DNA from: Mycolicibacterium smegmatis | Lineage (GTDB): Bacteria > Actinomycetota > Actinomycetes > Mycobacteriales > Mycobacteriaceae | Assembly: GCF_001457595.1 (NCBI RefSeq) | Contig: NZ_LN831039.1 | Span: forward strand, 5,550,001 to 5,582,000 | Direction of reading: 5' to 3' | Length of the DNA stretch: 32,000 bases | In this document: positions 7,153-14,895 of the stretch, piece after piece | Layout: each line of letters begins with the position of its first letter | Position numbering within the stretch: the stretch's first letter is position 1 | Made by a program: the position numbers and the translations under genes | Notes under the pieces: model-generated | What the model saw: the letters and a program-made list of their open reading frames with translations, nothing else | Told to the model about the DNA's origin: nothing | Database searches by the model: none

Positions 7153-8307
7153 TTACTGGCCCGAAGCCCGTGGTAGATCGTATTCGCGGGCGAACGTCGT
7201 GTACTCCAGGTGCTCGAAGATCGGGTCCTCGTCGTCGATGTCGAGCACCACCGCGCCGGGACGCCGCAGCCGCGCCGGCACGACGTCGAGCTTGCGATCG
7301 TCGGTGTTCTCCACACCGAGCCGCGAGCGACGCAGCCGCTGCGCACGACGGCGCCGCAACTGCTCCTCGATGCGCGTCTGCCTGCGCAGATACGCCAGGT
7401 ACAGCACGGTCAACGTCGCCGTGGTGCCGCACACCCACCAGGCCGTGGGCGTCACCAGGAACGCCGCGGCGGCCGAGGCCACGAGGATCAACGCGAACAG
7501 GGCGAGCACCCGCTTGCGGAACCGGTACTTGCGCTCGCTCACCTGGGCCGCGGTCTTGGACTCCATGCGCCGCTGCCGCGATGAGCTCATCGCCGCGGCC
7601 GGTGCCTCGTCCTCGGCGGTCTCCGGCTCGGTCTCGGGCTCCTCCAGACCCGACGAGTCGGCGACGTACTCGTATTCGTGGGCCGCGAGATCGGACTGGT
7701 CGTCGGCGGTGTCGTCCTCGTCGACAGGCGCCGCGGGCTCGTCGGCTTCTTCGGGCTCTTCGGCGACCTCCGCGACGGGCTCTGGCTCCTCCACCGCCTC
7801 ATCGGCCTCGTCGCCGGCCTCGTCGCCGGCCTCGTCGAGGTCGAGCGAAAGCTGGTCGGTCTGCGCGTCGTCGGCGGGCTCGACCTCCTCGACCACCTCG
7901 ACGTCCTCGATCTCGGGGGCGTGGGTCGCGCCGAGAGGCAGCGCGCCGGAGTCCTCTTCGACGATGTCGACGTCGAGGTAGTCGGGCTCGGCGGGCTCGG
8001 TCGCGGCTGCCGCCACGACCACGGCACGCTTGGGCGGACGGGAAGGCTCGGTCTCCTCGAGCTCGGCTTCGAACTCGTCGTCGAGATGATCGGGCGTGGG
8101 ACGCCAGTGCGGATCGCTGTTGTGCCCGGCCGCGGGACCCCGCCTCAACCGCTGCGCATTACGGCCGCTGTTGAGCACGCGCGTCGCCAATGCGACATCG
8201 CTCGTGCGCCGCACGGATTCGCGCTTGCTGATCAGCATCGGAACCAGCACGAAAAGCCAGAGAACGACGAGGGAGATCCACAGTAGTGATTGGGGGATGC
8301 TCGGCAT
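7153..8307 (-). CDS. glpR: divisome membrane protein SepX/GlpR-like (Rv0996 homologue), 384 aa
   Basis: Track ORF 7153..8412. I prefer ATG 8307 (MPSIPQSLLWISLVVLWLFVLVPMLISKRE), with AAGGAG 9 nt upstream. The protein has an N-terminal TM helix, a ~200-aa extremely acidic D/E/P/A linker, two further TM helices (VLALFALILVASAAAAFLV, AWWVCGTTATLTVLYLAYL), an Arg-rich stretch and a conserved-looking C-terminus (DIDDEDPIFEHLEY). It sits downstream of moeA-like and rimJ, as in the corynebacterial glp-glpR cluster. Confidence 0.8.
   Translation of the reverse strand: MPSIPQSLLWISLVVLWLFVLVPMLISKRESVRRTSDVALATRVLNSGRNAQRLRRGPAAGHNSDPHWRPTPDHLDDEFEAELEETEPSRPPKRAVVVAAAATEPAEPDYLDVDIVEEDSGALPLGATHAPEIEDVEVVEEVEPADDAQTDQLSLDLDEAGDEAGDEADEAVEEPEPVAEVAEEPEEADEPAAPVDEDDTADDQSDLAAHEYEYVADSSGLEEPETEPETAEDEAPAAAMSSSRQRRMESKTAAQVSERKYRFRKRVLALFALILVASAAAAFLVTPTAWWVCGTTATLTVLYLAYLRRQTRIEEQLRRRRAQRLRRSRLGVENTDDRKLDVVPARLRRPGAVVLDIDDEDPIFEHLEYTTFAREYDLPRASGQ
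7804..7837. repeat. About 2.8 copies of the 12-nt unit GGCCTCGTCGCC inside glpR (encodes DEAG repeats)
   Basis: Read directly: ggcctcgtcgcc ggcctcgtcgcc ggcctcgtcg. It corresponds to ..DEAGDEAGDEADEA.. in the acidic linker. Confidence 0.85.
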
Positions 8308-8339
8308 GACGCCTGCTCCTTTCCCCTCCAGGCTAGGTC

Positions 8340-8429
8340 TGTGACCAGCGCATCCATGGGCGGCGCGCCGACCACAATTACACACCTGCAATTCACTCGA
8401 TACAAGCACCAACTGTCACAGGTGTCACA
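8340..8429. promoter_or_regulatory. Three GTCACA hexamers in the glpR leader (candidate response-regulator box)
   Basis: GTCACA on the plus strand at 8415-8420 and 8424-8429 (TGTCACAGGTGTCACA, 9-bp phase). One copy on the minus strand is TGTGAC at 8340-8345, about 35 nt upstream of the glpR ATG. Confidence 0.4.
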
Positions 8430-8542
8430 TCAGTAACAGCGGATGAAATTGTTTTGCTTTGAGATTGCCTACAGGGCTGTGGATTCGGGGTAATCGCGAC
8501 CGTGGACGCAATCTCGACGCGCCGACACACCGGCGTGCCCGC

Positions 8543-9196
8543 TCAACACCATTCCGCGCGCCCGGCCGCCACGAGCCGGTGCGCTGCCGATTGCGGTAAT
8601 TCCTCGGCCGTGATGGCCACCAGAAGATGATCGCGCCACGCGCCGTCGACCTCGAGGTAGCGCTTCAGCAGCCCCTCCTCGCGGAAGCCCACGTGCGCCA
8701 GCACGGCCCGGCTCGGCGTGTTCTCCGGGCGCACCGTGGCCTCGATGCGATGCAACTGCACGGCGGTGAAGCAGTGGTCGAGCCCCATCGCGAGCGCGGC
8801 CGTCGCGATACCGCCACCGGTCCTGGAGCTCGCCACCCAGTAGCCGATCCAAGCCGAGCGCAGGGCCCCGTGCGTCACGTTGCCGATGGTCAACTGCCCC
8901 ACGAACTCGCCGTCCAGCTCGATCACGAACGGCAGCATGCGTCCGTGCCGCGCCTCGGCACGCAGACCCGAGCAGATCGACGGCCACGACGTAACCGCGT
9001 GGCGCACTTTCCAATCCATGCCGGTCATGGGCTCCCACGGTTCCAGGTGGTGCTGGTCGGCCAAACGGATCCGGCTCCACGCGGCCGCGTCGCGCATGCG
9101 CACCGGACGCAGCCCCACCACACCGGCAGGCACCCGCAACGGGCCCACGGTGTCCGGCCATCCCGGATGCACCGCACTCGCTCGTAAGATCCCCAT
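8543..9196 (-). CDS. rimJ: GNAT-family N-acetyltransferase, RimJ/RimL-like (Rv0995 homologue)
   Basis: Track ORF 8543..9196. The GNAT core reads ..GQLTIGNVTHGALRSAWIGYWV..GGGIATAALAMGLDHCF..LHRIEATVRPENTPSRAVLAHVGFREEG. The ATG lies 4 nt after the moeA-like stop. Confidence 0.9.
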   Translation of the reverse strand: MGILRASAVHPGWPDTVGPLRVPAGVVGLRPVRMRDAAAWSRIRLADQHHLEPWEPMTGMDWKVRHAVTSWPSICSGLRAEARHGRMLPFVIELDGEFVGQLTIGNVTHGALRSAWIGYWVASSRTGGGIATAALAMGLDHCFTAVQLHRIEATVRPENTPSRAVLAHVGFREEGLLKRYLEVDGAWRDHLLVAITAEELPQSAAHRLVAAGRAEWC

Positions 9197-9200
9197 CTGG

Positions 9201-10448
9201 CTAGCCGCGCTGCGCCAGGAACGCGACGTCGACCGTCTCCCCCGTGCGTACCTCTTCGACGTCGGCGGGCACGATCACCAGACAGTTGGCCTCCGCGAGA
9301 GTGGCGAGCAGATGGGTCGAGGCGCCGGGCGCACCGCCGAGCGCCTGCACCAGGTACTCACCGGTGTCCTGATCGCGCATGAGTTGTCCGCGCAGATACC
9401 CCTTGCGGCCCGGCATCGAGGTGATCGGCGACAGCGTGCGCGCCTGCACGATGCGCCGCATCGGCTGACGCTTGCCCAGCGACAACCGGATCAGCGGGCG
9501 CACCATGATCTCGAACACCACGAGCGCGCTGACCGGGTTGGCAGGCAGCAGGAACACCGGGACGCGATCGCGGCCCAGCTGCCCGAAGCCCTGCACCGAG
9601 CCCGGGTGCATCGCGATGCGCGCGACCTCCATGTCGCCGAGTTCGGACAGCACCGTGCGCACCGATTCCGCGGCGGCCCCGCCCACGGCGCCCGCGATCA
9701 CCACGATCTCGTTGCGGTTGACCTGTCCCTCAACGGTTTCGCGCAGTTCACGGGGATCGGTGCTGATGATGCCGACGCGGTTCACCTCGGCCCCGGCATC
9801 ACGTCCGGCCGCGGCCAGTGCATAGGAGTTCACGTCGTACACCTGCCCGGTACCCGGGGTGCGCGACACGTCGACGAGCTCGCCGCCCACGCACATCACC
9901 GACAGCCGCGGCCGCGGATGCACCAGCACCTTGTCACGTCCGACGGCCGCGAGCAGGCCCACCTGGGCCGGGCCGATGATCGTGCCCGCACGCACCGCGA
10001 CATCGCCGGGTTGCACGTCGTCGCCCGTGCGCCGCACGTACGCGCCAGAGCGCACGCCGCGCAACACCCGCACGCGGTTCTCGCCGCCGTCGGTCCAGCG
10101 CAGCGGGAGCACCGCGTCGGCCAGCGTCGGCATCGGCGCGCCGGTCTGAACCCGTGCGGCCTGCCGCGGCTGCAGCCGGCTCGGTGTGCGCGCACCGGCC
10201 TCGATCACGCCCATCACCGGCAGGCTGATCTCACCGCCGTCCTCGGAATCCGAACCGACCCCGAGCACGTCGACACTGCGCACGGCATAGCCGTCGATGG
10301 CGGCCTGATCGAATCCCGGCATGGGTCGTTCGGTGACGACCTCCTCGGCACACATCAGCCCTTGCGATTCGGCTATGGCCACCCGTACCGGTCGGGGCGC
10401 CACCGCGGCGGCCGCCACACGGGCCTGCTGCTCCTCAACCGAACGCAC
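9201..10448 (-). CDS. moeA1: MoeA-family molybdopterin molybdotransferase / gephyrin-like protein Glp (Rv0994 moeA1 homologue)
   Basis: Track ORF 9201..10448, with a GTG start and GAAAGG 7 nt upstream. MoeA hallmarks are present: ..FDQAAIDGYAV.., ..VQTGAPMP.., ..GDDV..G.., the MoCF-binding domain (VIAGAVGGAAAESV), and ..MHPGSVQGFG..VFLLPANPVSALV. Confidence 0.92.
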   Translation of the reverse strand: MRSVEEQQARVAAAAVAPRPVRVAIAESQGLMCAEEVVTERPMPGFDQAAIDGYAVRSVDVLGVGSDSEDGGEISLPVMGVIEAGARTPSRLQPRQAARVQTGAPMPTLADAVLPLRWTDGGENRVRVLRGVRSGAYVRRTGDDVQPGDVAVRAGTIIGPAQVGLLAAVGRDKVLVHPRPRLSVMCVGGELVDVSRTPGTGQVYDVNSYALAAAGRDAGAEVNRVGIISTDPRELRETVEGQVNRNEIVVIAGAVGGAAAESVRTVLSELGDMEVARIAMHPGSVQGFGQLGRDRVPVFLLPANPVSALVVFEIMVRPLIRLSLGKRQPMRRIVQARTLSPITSMPGRKGYLRGQLMRDQDTGEYLVQALGGAPGASTHLLATLAEANCLVIVPADVEEVRTGETVDVAFLAQRG

Positions 10449-10504
10449 AACACGCCTTTCTACCCGTCCGTCTGCCGAGCTCGGCGCGCAGCTATGCAGT
10501 TAGC

Positions 10505-11428
10505 TCACTTCTCTGCCAAGCCCAGTCGCTCAACCAACCACTGCCGCAGTTCTGGGCCGTAGTCGTCACGTTCCAACGCAAAGTCAACCGCAGCCTTCAG
10601 GTAGCCGCCGGGATTTCCCAGGTCGTGTCGAGCACCGCGGTGCACCACCACGTGCACGGGATGGTCCTCTTCGATCAGCAACGCGATGGCGTCGGTCAGC
10701 TGGATCTCGCCACCGGTACCGCGGGGAACGCGGCGCAGCGCGTCGAAGATCGCGCGGTCCAGCACGTAACGGCCGGCCGCGGCGAAGTGCGACGGCGCGT
10801 CCTCGGGCCTGGGCTTCTCGACCATGCCCTTGACCCGCAGCACGTTCGGGTTGGCGGCGTCGGGCACGGTTTCGACGTCGAAGACACCGTAGGCGCTGAT
10901 CTTGTCGCCGGGCACCTCGATCGCGCACAGCACCGAGCCGCCGCGCTTGGCCCGCACCTTCGACATGGTCTCCAACACGCCGGTGGGCAACACCAGGTCG
11001 TCGGGCAGCAGCACCGAGATGGCGTCCTCGTCGGCAGCCAGGACGGACTCGACGCAGCTCACGGCGTGGCCGAGGCCCAGCGGCTCGGCCTGCACCACCG
11101 ATTCGACCTTGATCAGGGCAGGCGCGCGCCGGACCTTCTCCAACATGGTCTTCTTGCCGCGAGCTTCCAGGGTGCCCTCCAGCACCAGGTCTTGGACGAA
11201 GTGCGCGACGACACCGTCCTTGCCCTCGGACGTGACGATGACCAGGCGCTCCGCGCCGGCCTCGGCGGCCTCTGCCGCGACGAGTTCGATACCGGGCGTG
11301 TCGACGACCGGCAACAGTTCTTTGGGCACAGTCTTGGTTGCCGGCAGGAAACGAGTTCCCAGACCGGCCGCCGGGACGACTGCGGTATGAGGAATCGACA
11401 CCGTAGGGGCTTTCGAAGGCGTGCTCAT
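10505..11428 (-). CDS. galU: UTP--glucose-1-phosphate uridylyltransferase
   Basis: Track ORF 10505..11428. It contains VVPAAGLGTRFLPATKTVPKELLPVVD (the GalU signature), ..EPLGLGHAV.. and ..VEKP... Confidence 0.96.
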   Translation of the reverse strand: MSTPSKAPTVSIPHTAVVPAAGLGTRFLPATKTVPKELLPVVDTPGIELVAAEAAEAGAERLVIVTSEGKDGVVAHFVQDLVLEGTLEARGKKTMLEKVRRAPALIKVESVVQAEPLGLGHAVSCVESVLAADEDAISVLLPDDLVLPTGVLETMSKVRAKRGGSVLCAIEVPGDKISAYGVFDVETVPDAANPNVLRVKGMVEKPRPEDAPSHFAAAGRYVLDRAIFDALRRVPRGTGGEIQLTDAIALLIEEDHPVHVVVHRGARHDLGNPGGYLKAAVDFALERDDYGPELRQWLVERLGLAEK

Positions 11429-11455
11429 CGTTCACACATTAACGCCCAATTTGAA

Positions 11456-12052
11456 ATGGTGGAGGCTGTGTCCCCGAGGTCGAAGTCCCAGTTAAGAACC
11501 GCGCTTCTGCAAAACCGCCGGAGCGTGCCGGAGGCCGTGCGCGAGGGCGAGGCCGAGGCGTTGCGCGGTTGGCTGAGCGGGCTCAAGATCAGCGGCCGGA
11601 CAGTGTGCGCGTATGTGCCGGTGGGGTCCGAACCTGGCTCGATCACGCTGCTCGACACGTTGCTGGAACTCGGCGCGCGGGTGTTGCTGCCGGTGGCGCG
11701 CAACGACGCCGCGGGAATCCCCCTTCCACTGCAATGGGGCAAATATCGGCCAGGCACCCTGGTCGCCGCCGAGTTCGGGCTACGGGAGCCCCCGCCGCCG
11801 TGGCTGCCCGCCGAGACGATCGGTGAGGCCGACGTCATCCTGGTCCCCGCCCTGGCGGTCGACCGGTCCGGGGCGCGCCTGGGTCGCGGCGCGGGCTTTT
11901 ACGACCGGACGCTGCACCACGCCGCGGCGACGGCGCAGGTGATCGCGGTGGTGCGCGACGACGAACTGCTCGACGAGATCCCCGCCGAACCGCACGACGT
12001 CGCGATGACGCACGTGCTCACACCGAAGCGGGGCATCGTCGCCTTGCGTTGA
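11456..12052 (+). CDS. 5-formyltetrahydrofolate cyclo-ligase (Rv0992c homologue)
   Basis: In frame with track ORF 10625..12052. The start is ATG 11456 (MVEAVSPRSKSQLRTALLQNRR..). Family motifs are present: ..VCAYVPVGSEPGS.., ..DVILVPALAVDRSGARLGRGAGFYDR.., ..HDVAMTHVLTP... GTG 11459 and GTG 11468 are alternative starts. Confidence 0.88.
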   Translation: MVEAVSPRSKSQLRTALLQNRRSVPEAVREGEAEALRGWLSGLKISGRTVCAYVPVGSEPGSITLLDTLLELGARVLLPVARNDAAGIPLPLQWGKYRPGTLVAAEFGLREPPPPWLPAETIGEADVILVPALAVDRSGARLGRGAGFYDRTLHHAAATAQVIAVVRDDELLDEIPAEPHDVAMTHVLTPKRGIVALR

Positions 12053-12172
12053 CGCGCAACACCTCCCGCTCCGAGGGCAGTCGCAAATAAGTCCTGTTAT
12101 CGCGGTCGAATCCGGGTATAGGGCACGCGCCAGGCATAGCGTCGAGTGCACGGGGAGAAGGGTCGCGGATCG

Positions 12173-13999
12173 ATGGGCGATACACCGGCTTTGAAACGGG
12201 CGCTCAGCCAGCGCCAGTTGCGGATGATCGCCATCGGCGGCGTCATCGGGGCAGGGTTGTTCGTCGGGTCCGGTGTGGTGATCGGCGATACCGGGCCGGG
12301 CACGTTCATCACGTACGGCCTGGCCGGCGTGCTGATCATCATGGTGATGCGGATGCTGGCCGAGATGGCCGTGGCCAACCCGTCCACGGGGTCGTTCGCC
12401 GACTACTCGCGCAACGCACTGGGCAACTGGGCGGGCTTCTCGGTCGGCTGGTTGTACTGGTATTTCTGGGTCATCGTCGTGGGGTTCGAGGCGATCGCCG
12501 GGGCCAAGATCATCCAGTTCTGGATCGACTTGCCGCTGTGGCTGACCGCGCTGATCCTGCTGATCGCGATGACGGCGACGAACCTGTTCTCGGTGTCGTC
12601 GTTCGGCGAGTTCGAATACTGGTTCGCGGGTGTGAAGGTCGCCGCGATCCTGGCGTTCATCGGCCTGGGCGCGTTCTACGTCCTGGGCGTGTGGCCGGAC
12701 AAGGATCTCGACTTCTCGAATCTCACCGCGCACGGCGGCTTCTTCCCGCTCGGCGCCACGGCGGTCACGGTCGGCGTGGTCACGGTGATCTTCTCGATGG
12801 TGGGTGCGGAGATCGCGACGATCGCGGCCGCGGAGTCCTCGGATCCCGAGCGGGCCGTGGCCAAGGCCGCCAACTCGGTGATCCTGCGCATCGCGTTGTT
12901 CTTCGTCGGATCGGCGTTTTTGCTCGTGACGATCCTGCCGTGGAACAGCGACCAGACCGTGGCCTCGCCGTTCGTCGCCGCGTTCACCGAGATGGGCATC
13001 CCCTACGCCGACCACATCATGAACGCGGTCGTGCTGACCGCGGTGCTGAGCTGTCTCAACTCCGGCATGTACACCGCGTCGCGCATGCTGTTCGTGCTCG
13101 CCGCGCGCCGTGAGGCACCGCCGCAGCTGGTCGCCGTCACCCGGCGAGGCGTGCCCGCCACGGCGATCCTGACATCGTCGGTGATCGGCCTGATCTGCGT
13201 GATCGCCGCGGCGTTCTTCCCCGACACCATCTTCCAGTTCCTGCTGAACTCCAGCGGTGCGGTCATCCTGTTCGTCTACCTGCTGATCGCGATCTCGCAG
13301 ATCGTGCTGCGCCGCCGCACCGACGACTCGACGCTCAAGGTCAAGATGTGGCTGTTCCCGGTGCTGTCGATTCTCACGGCCGCCGCGATCTTCGCGATCC
13401 TGGTGCAGATGTTCGTACAGGGCGGCGACAACCGCAGCGCGTTGGTGCTGAGCCTGGCGTCGTGGGCCGTGGTGATCGTGTTGTTCTGGCTCAACCGGAT
13501 GTTCGTCAGCCGTCGCCCGCAGACGCCCGACGTCGCGCCGACCTCGGAGCATCCGCACCGCGTGCTGGTGCTCGCCAACCAGACCGTGGAATCGGACGAA
13601 CTACTCGACGAACTCCGCCGGATCGGCGCCGACCGCGACACCACGTACTACGTCGTCGTCCCGGCCAGCCCGATCGACACGGGTGTGGCCAGTACGCACG
13701 GCCCGCTGGACATCTCGGAGGCGACGCAGCAGGCGGCGCAGGAACGCCTCGACAGCACCCTGGCCACGTTGCGCTCCGAGGACTACGAGGCGACGGGCAC
13801 GCTCGGCGAGTACCGGCCGCTGCGCGCGCTGGCCAAGGCCGTCGAGACCTTCCGTCCCGATCAGATCGTGATCTCGACGCTGCCGCCGGAAGAGTCGGTG
13901 TGGCAGCGGTTCGACGTCGTCGACCGGGCCAGGGCCGAACACCGCCTGCCGGTGACCCACGTCGTATCGCGGGTCCGCGCAACGGAACCCGCGCCGTGA
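12173..13999 (+). CDS. APC-family amino-acid permease (GabP/AroP-like) fused to a C-terminal ~150-aa USP-like (HUP-fold) cytoplasmic domain
   Basis: Track ORF 12146..13999. I prefer ATG 12173, with GGAGAAGG 11 nt upstream. The permease signature is LSQRQLRMIAIGGVIGAGLFVGSG and there are 12 predicted helices. The C-terminal tail is HRVLVLANQTVESDELLDELRRIG..YYVVVPASP..RPDQIVISTLP. Confidence 0.88.
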   Translation: MGDTPALKRALSQRQLRMIAIGGVIGAGLFVGSGVVIGDTGPGTFITYGLAGVLIIMVMRMLAEMAVANPSTGSFADYSRNALGNWAGFSVGWLYWYFWVIVVGFEAIAGAKIIQFWIDLPLWLTALILLIAMTATNLFSVSSFGEFEYWFAGVKVAAILAFIGLGAFYVLGVWPDKDLDFSNLTAHGGFFPLGATAVTVGVVTVIFSMVGAEIATIAAAESSDPERAVAKAANSVILRIALFFVGSAFLLVTILPWNSDQTVASPFVAAFTEMGIPYADHIMNAVVLTAVLSCLNSGMYTASRMLFVLAARREAPPQLVAVTRRGVPATAILTSSVIGLICVIAAAFFPDTIFQFLLNSSGAVILFVYLLIAISQIVLRRRTDDSTLKVKMWLFPVLSILTAAAIFAILVQMFVQGGDNRSALVLSLASWAVVIVLFWLNRMFVSRRPQTPDVAPTSEHPHRVLVLANQTVESDELLDELRRIGADRDTTYYVVVPASPIDTGVASTHGPLDISEATQQAAQERLDSTLATLRSEDYEATGTLGEYRPLRALAKAVETFRPDQIVISTLPPEESVWQRFDVVDRARAEHRLPVTHVVSRVRATEPAP

Positions 14000-14892
14000 C
14001 CATCCTGGCCGCGTTCAGCGCGAGCGGGCACGCCCGCGCGCCGCTGTACCTGGCGGCCCAGATCGCGCGGACGACGGGTGACAACGTCCTGGCCGCGGCG
14101 GTCATCGAACGGCCGTGGCCGCCGCGCGGCGACCCGGTGGAGAAGGAGTACCTCGACTACGTCGGCCGTCAGGCCGCGCACGCGCTGGACTCGGCCGCGG
14201 CCGTGTTCCCCGCCACCATCGAGTTCTCGACGCTGGTCCACGAATCGACCTCGGTGCCAAAGGGTCTGATGGAGCTCGCGGCGTCGCACCGGGCACAGAT
14301 CGTGGTGGTCGGCTCGTCCTCGTCGGGGCTGTTGGGCCGTGTCGCGCTGGGCAGCGTCACCGAGCGCCTGGTGCACACCGCTCAGGTTCCGGTGGCGATC
14401 GCGCCCCGCGGATACGCGCAGGGCTCGGGAAAGATCCGCAGGCTCACCGCGGCGTACGGCGGTGAGGCCGACGTCAACGGGCTCATCCCCGCCGCGGCGC
14501 AACTGGCCAAGGACTGGTCGACGCTGCTGCGCATCGTGTCGTTCACCGTGCGCAACGTCGCGGCATTCTCGGGCCGGATCGAATCGGCCGCAGAGGATCT
14601 GGTGGTGCAGCAGTGGTCACGGCGCACCCACGACGACATCGTGCGCCTGCTCGATACCGTGCGCGCGGACGTGCGCAACGACGGCCCCCTGGACGACGTC
14701 GACGTCGTGGTGGGCACCGGCGCGGACTGGAACACCGCGGTGCAGAGCGTGCCGTGGGAGGCCGGGGACATGCTGCTGCTGGGTTCGGGCGCCGCGGCCC
14801 AGTCGGCGCAGGTGTTCCTCGGTTCGGCGGCGGCCCGGATCCTGCGCAACTGTCCCGTGCCGGTCATGGTCGTACCGCGCTACGAGGGCTGA
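13996..14892 (+). CDS. tandem universal stress protein (two USP domains), 298 aa
   Basis: In frame with track ORF 13348..14892. GTG 13996 overlaps the permease stop (GTGA 13996-13999). Two USP-type motifs are present: ..AQIVVVGSSSSGLLGRVALGSVTERLVHTAQVPVAIAP.. and ..DMLLLGSGAAAQSAQVFLGSAAARILRNCPVPVMVVP... Confidence 0.85.
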   Translation: MTILAAFSASGHARAPLYLAAQIARTTGDNVLAAAVIERPWPPRGDPVEKEYLDYVGRQAAHALDSAAAVFPATIEFSTLVHESTSVPKGLMELAASHRAQIVVVGSSSSGLLGRVALGSVTERLVHTAQVPVAIAPRGYAQGSGKIRRLTAAYGGEADVNGLIPAAAQLAKDWSTLLRIVSFTVRNVAAFSGRIESAAEDLVVQQWSRRTHDDIVRLLDTVRADVRNDGPLDDVDVVVGTGADWNTAVQSVPWEAGDMLLLGSGAAAQSAQVFLGSAAARILRNCPVPVMVVPRYEG

Positions 14893-14895
14893 GGT

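Noticed and set aside
8308-8412. 35-aa N-terminal extension of glpR (track start 8412), and the 70-aa extension of araC (track start 6981).
   Set aside because: For glpR, the internal ATG 8307 has a strong AAGGAG RBS and begins directly with the TM helix. For araC, the extension abuts the tRNA-Ala terminator hairpin (6984-7007) and the 8-bp inverted repeat.
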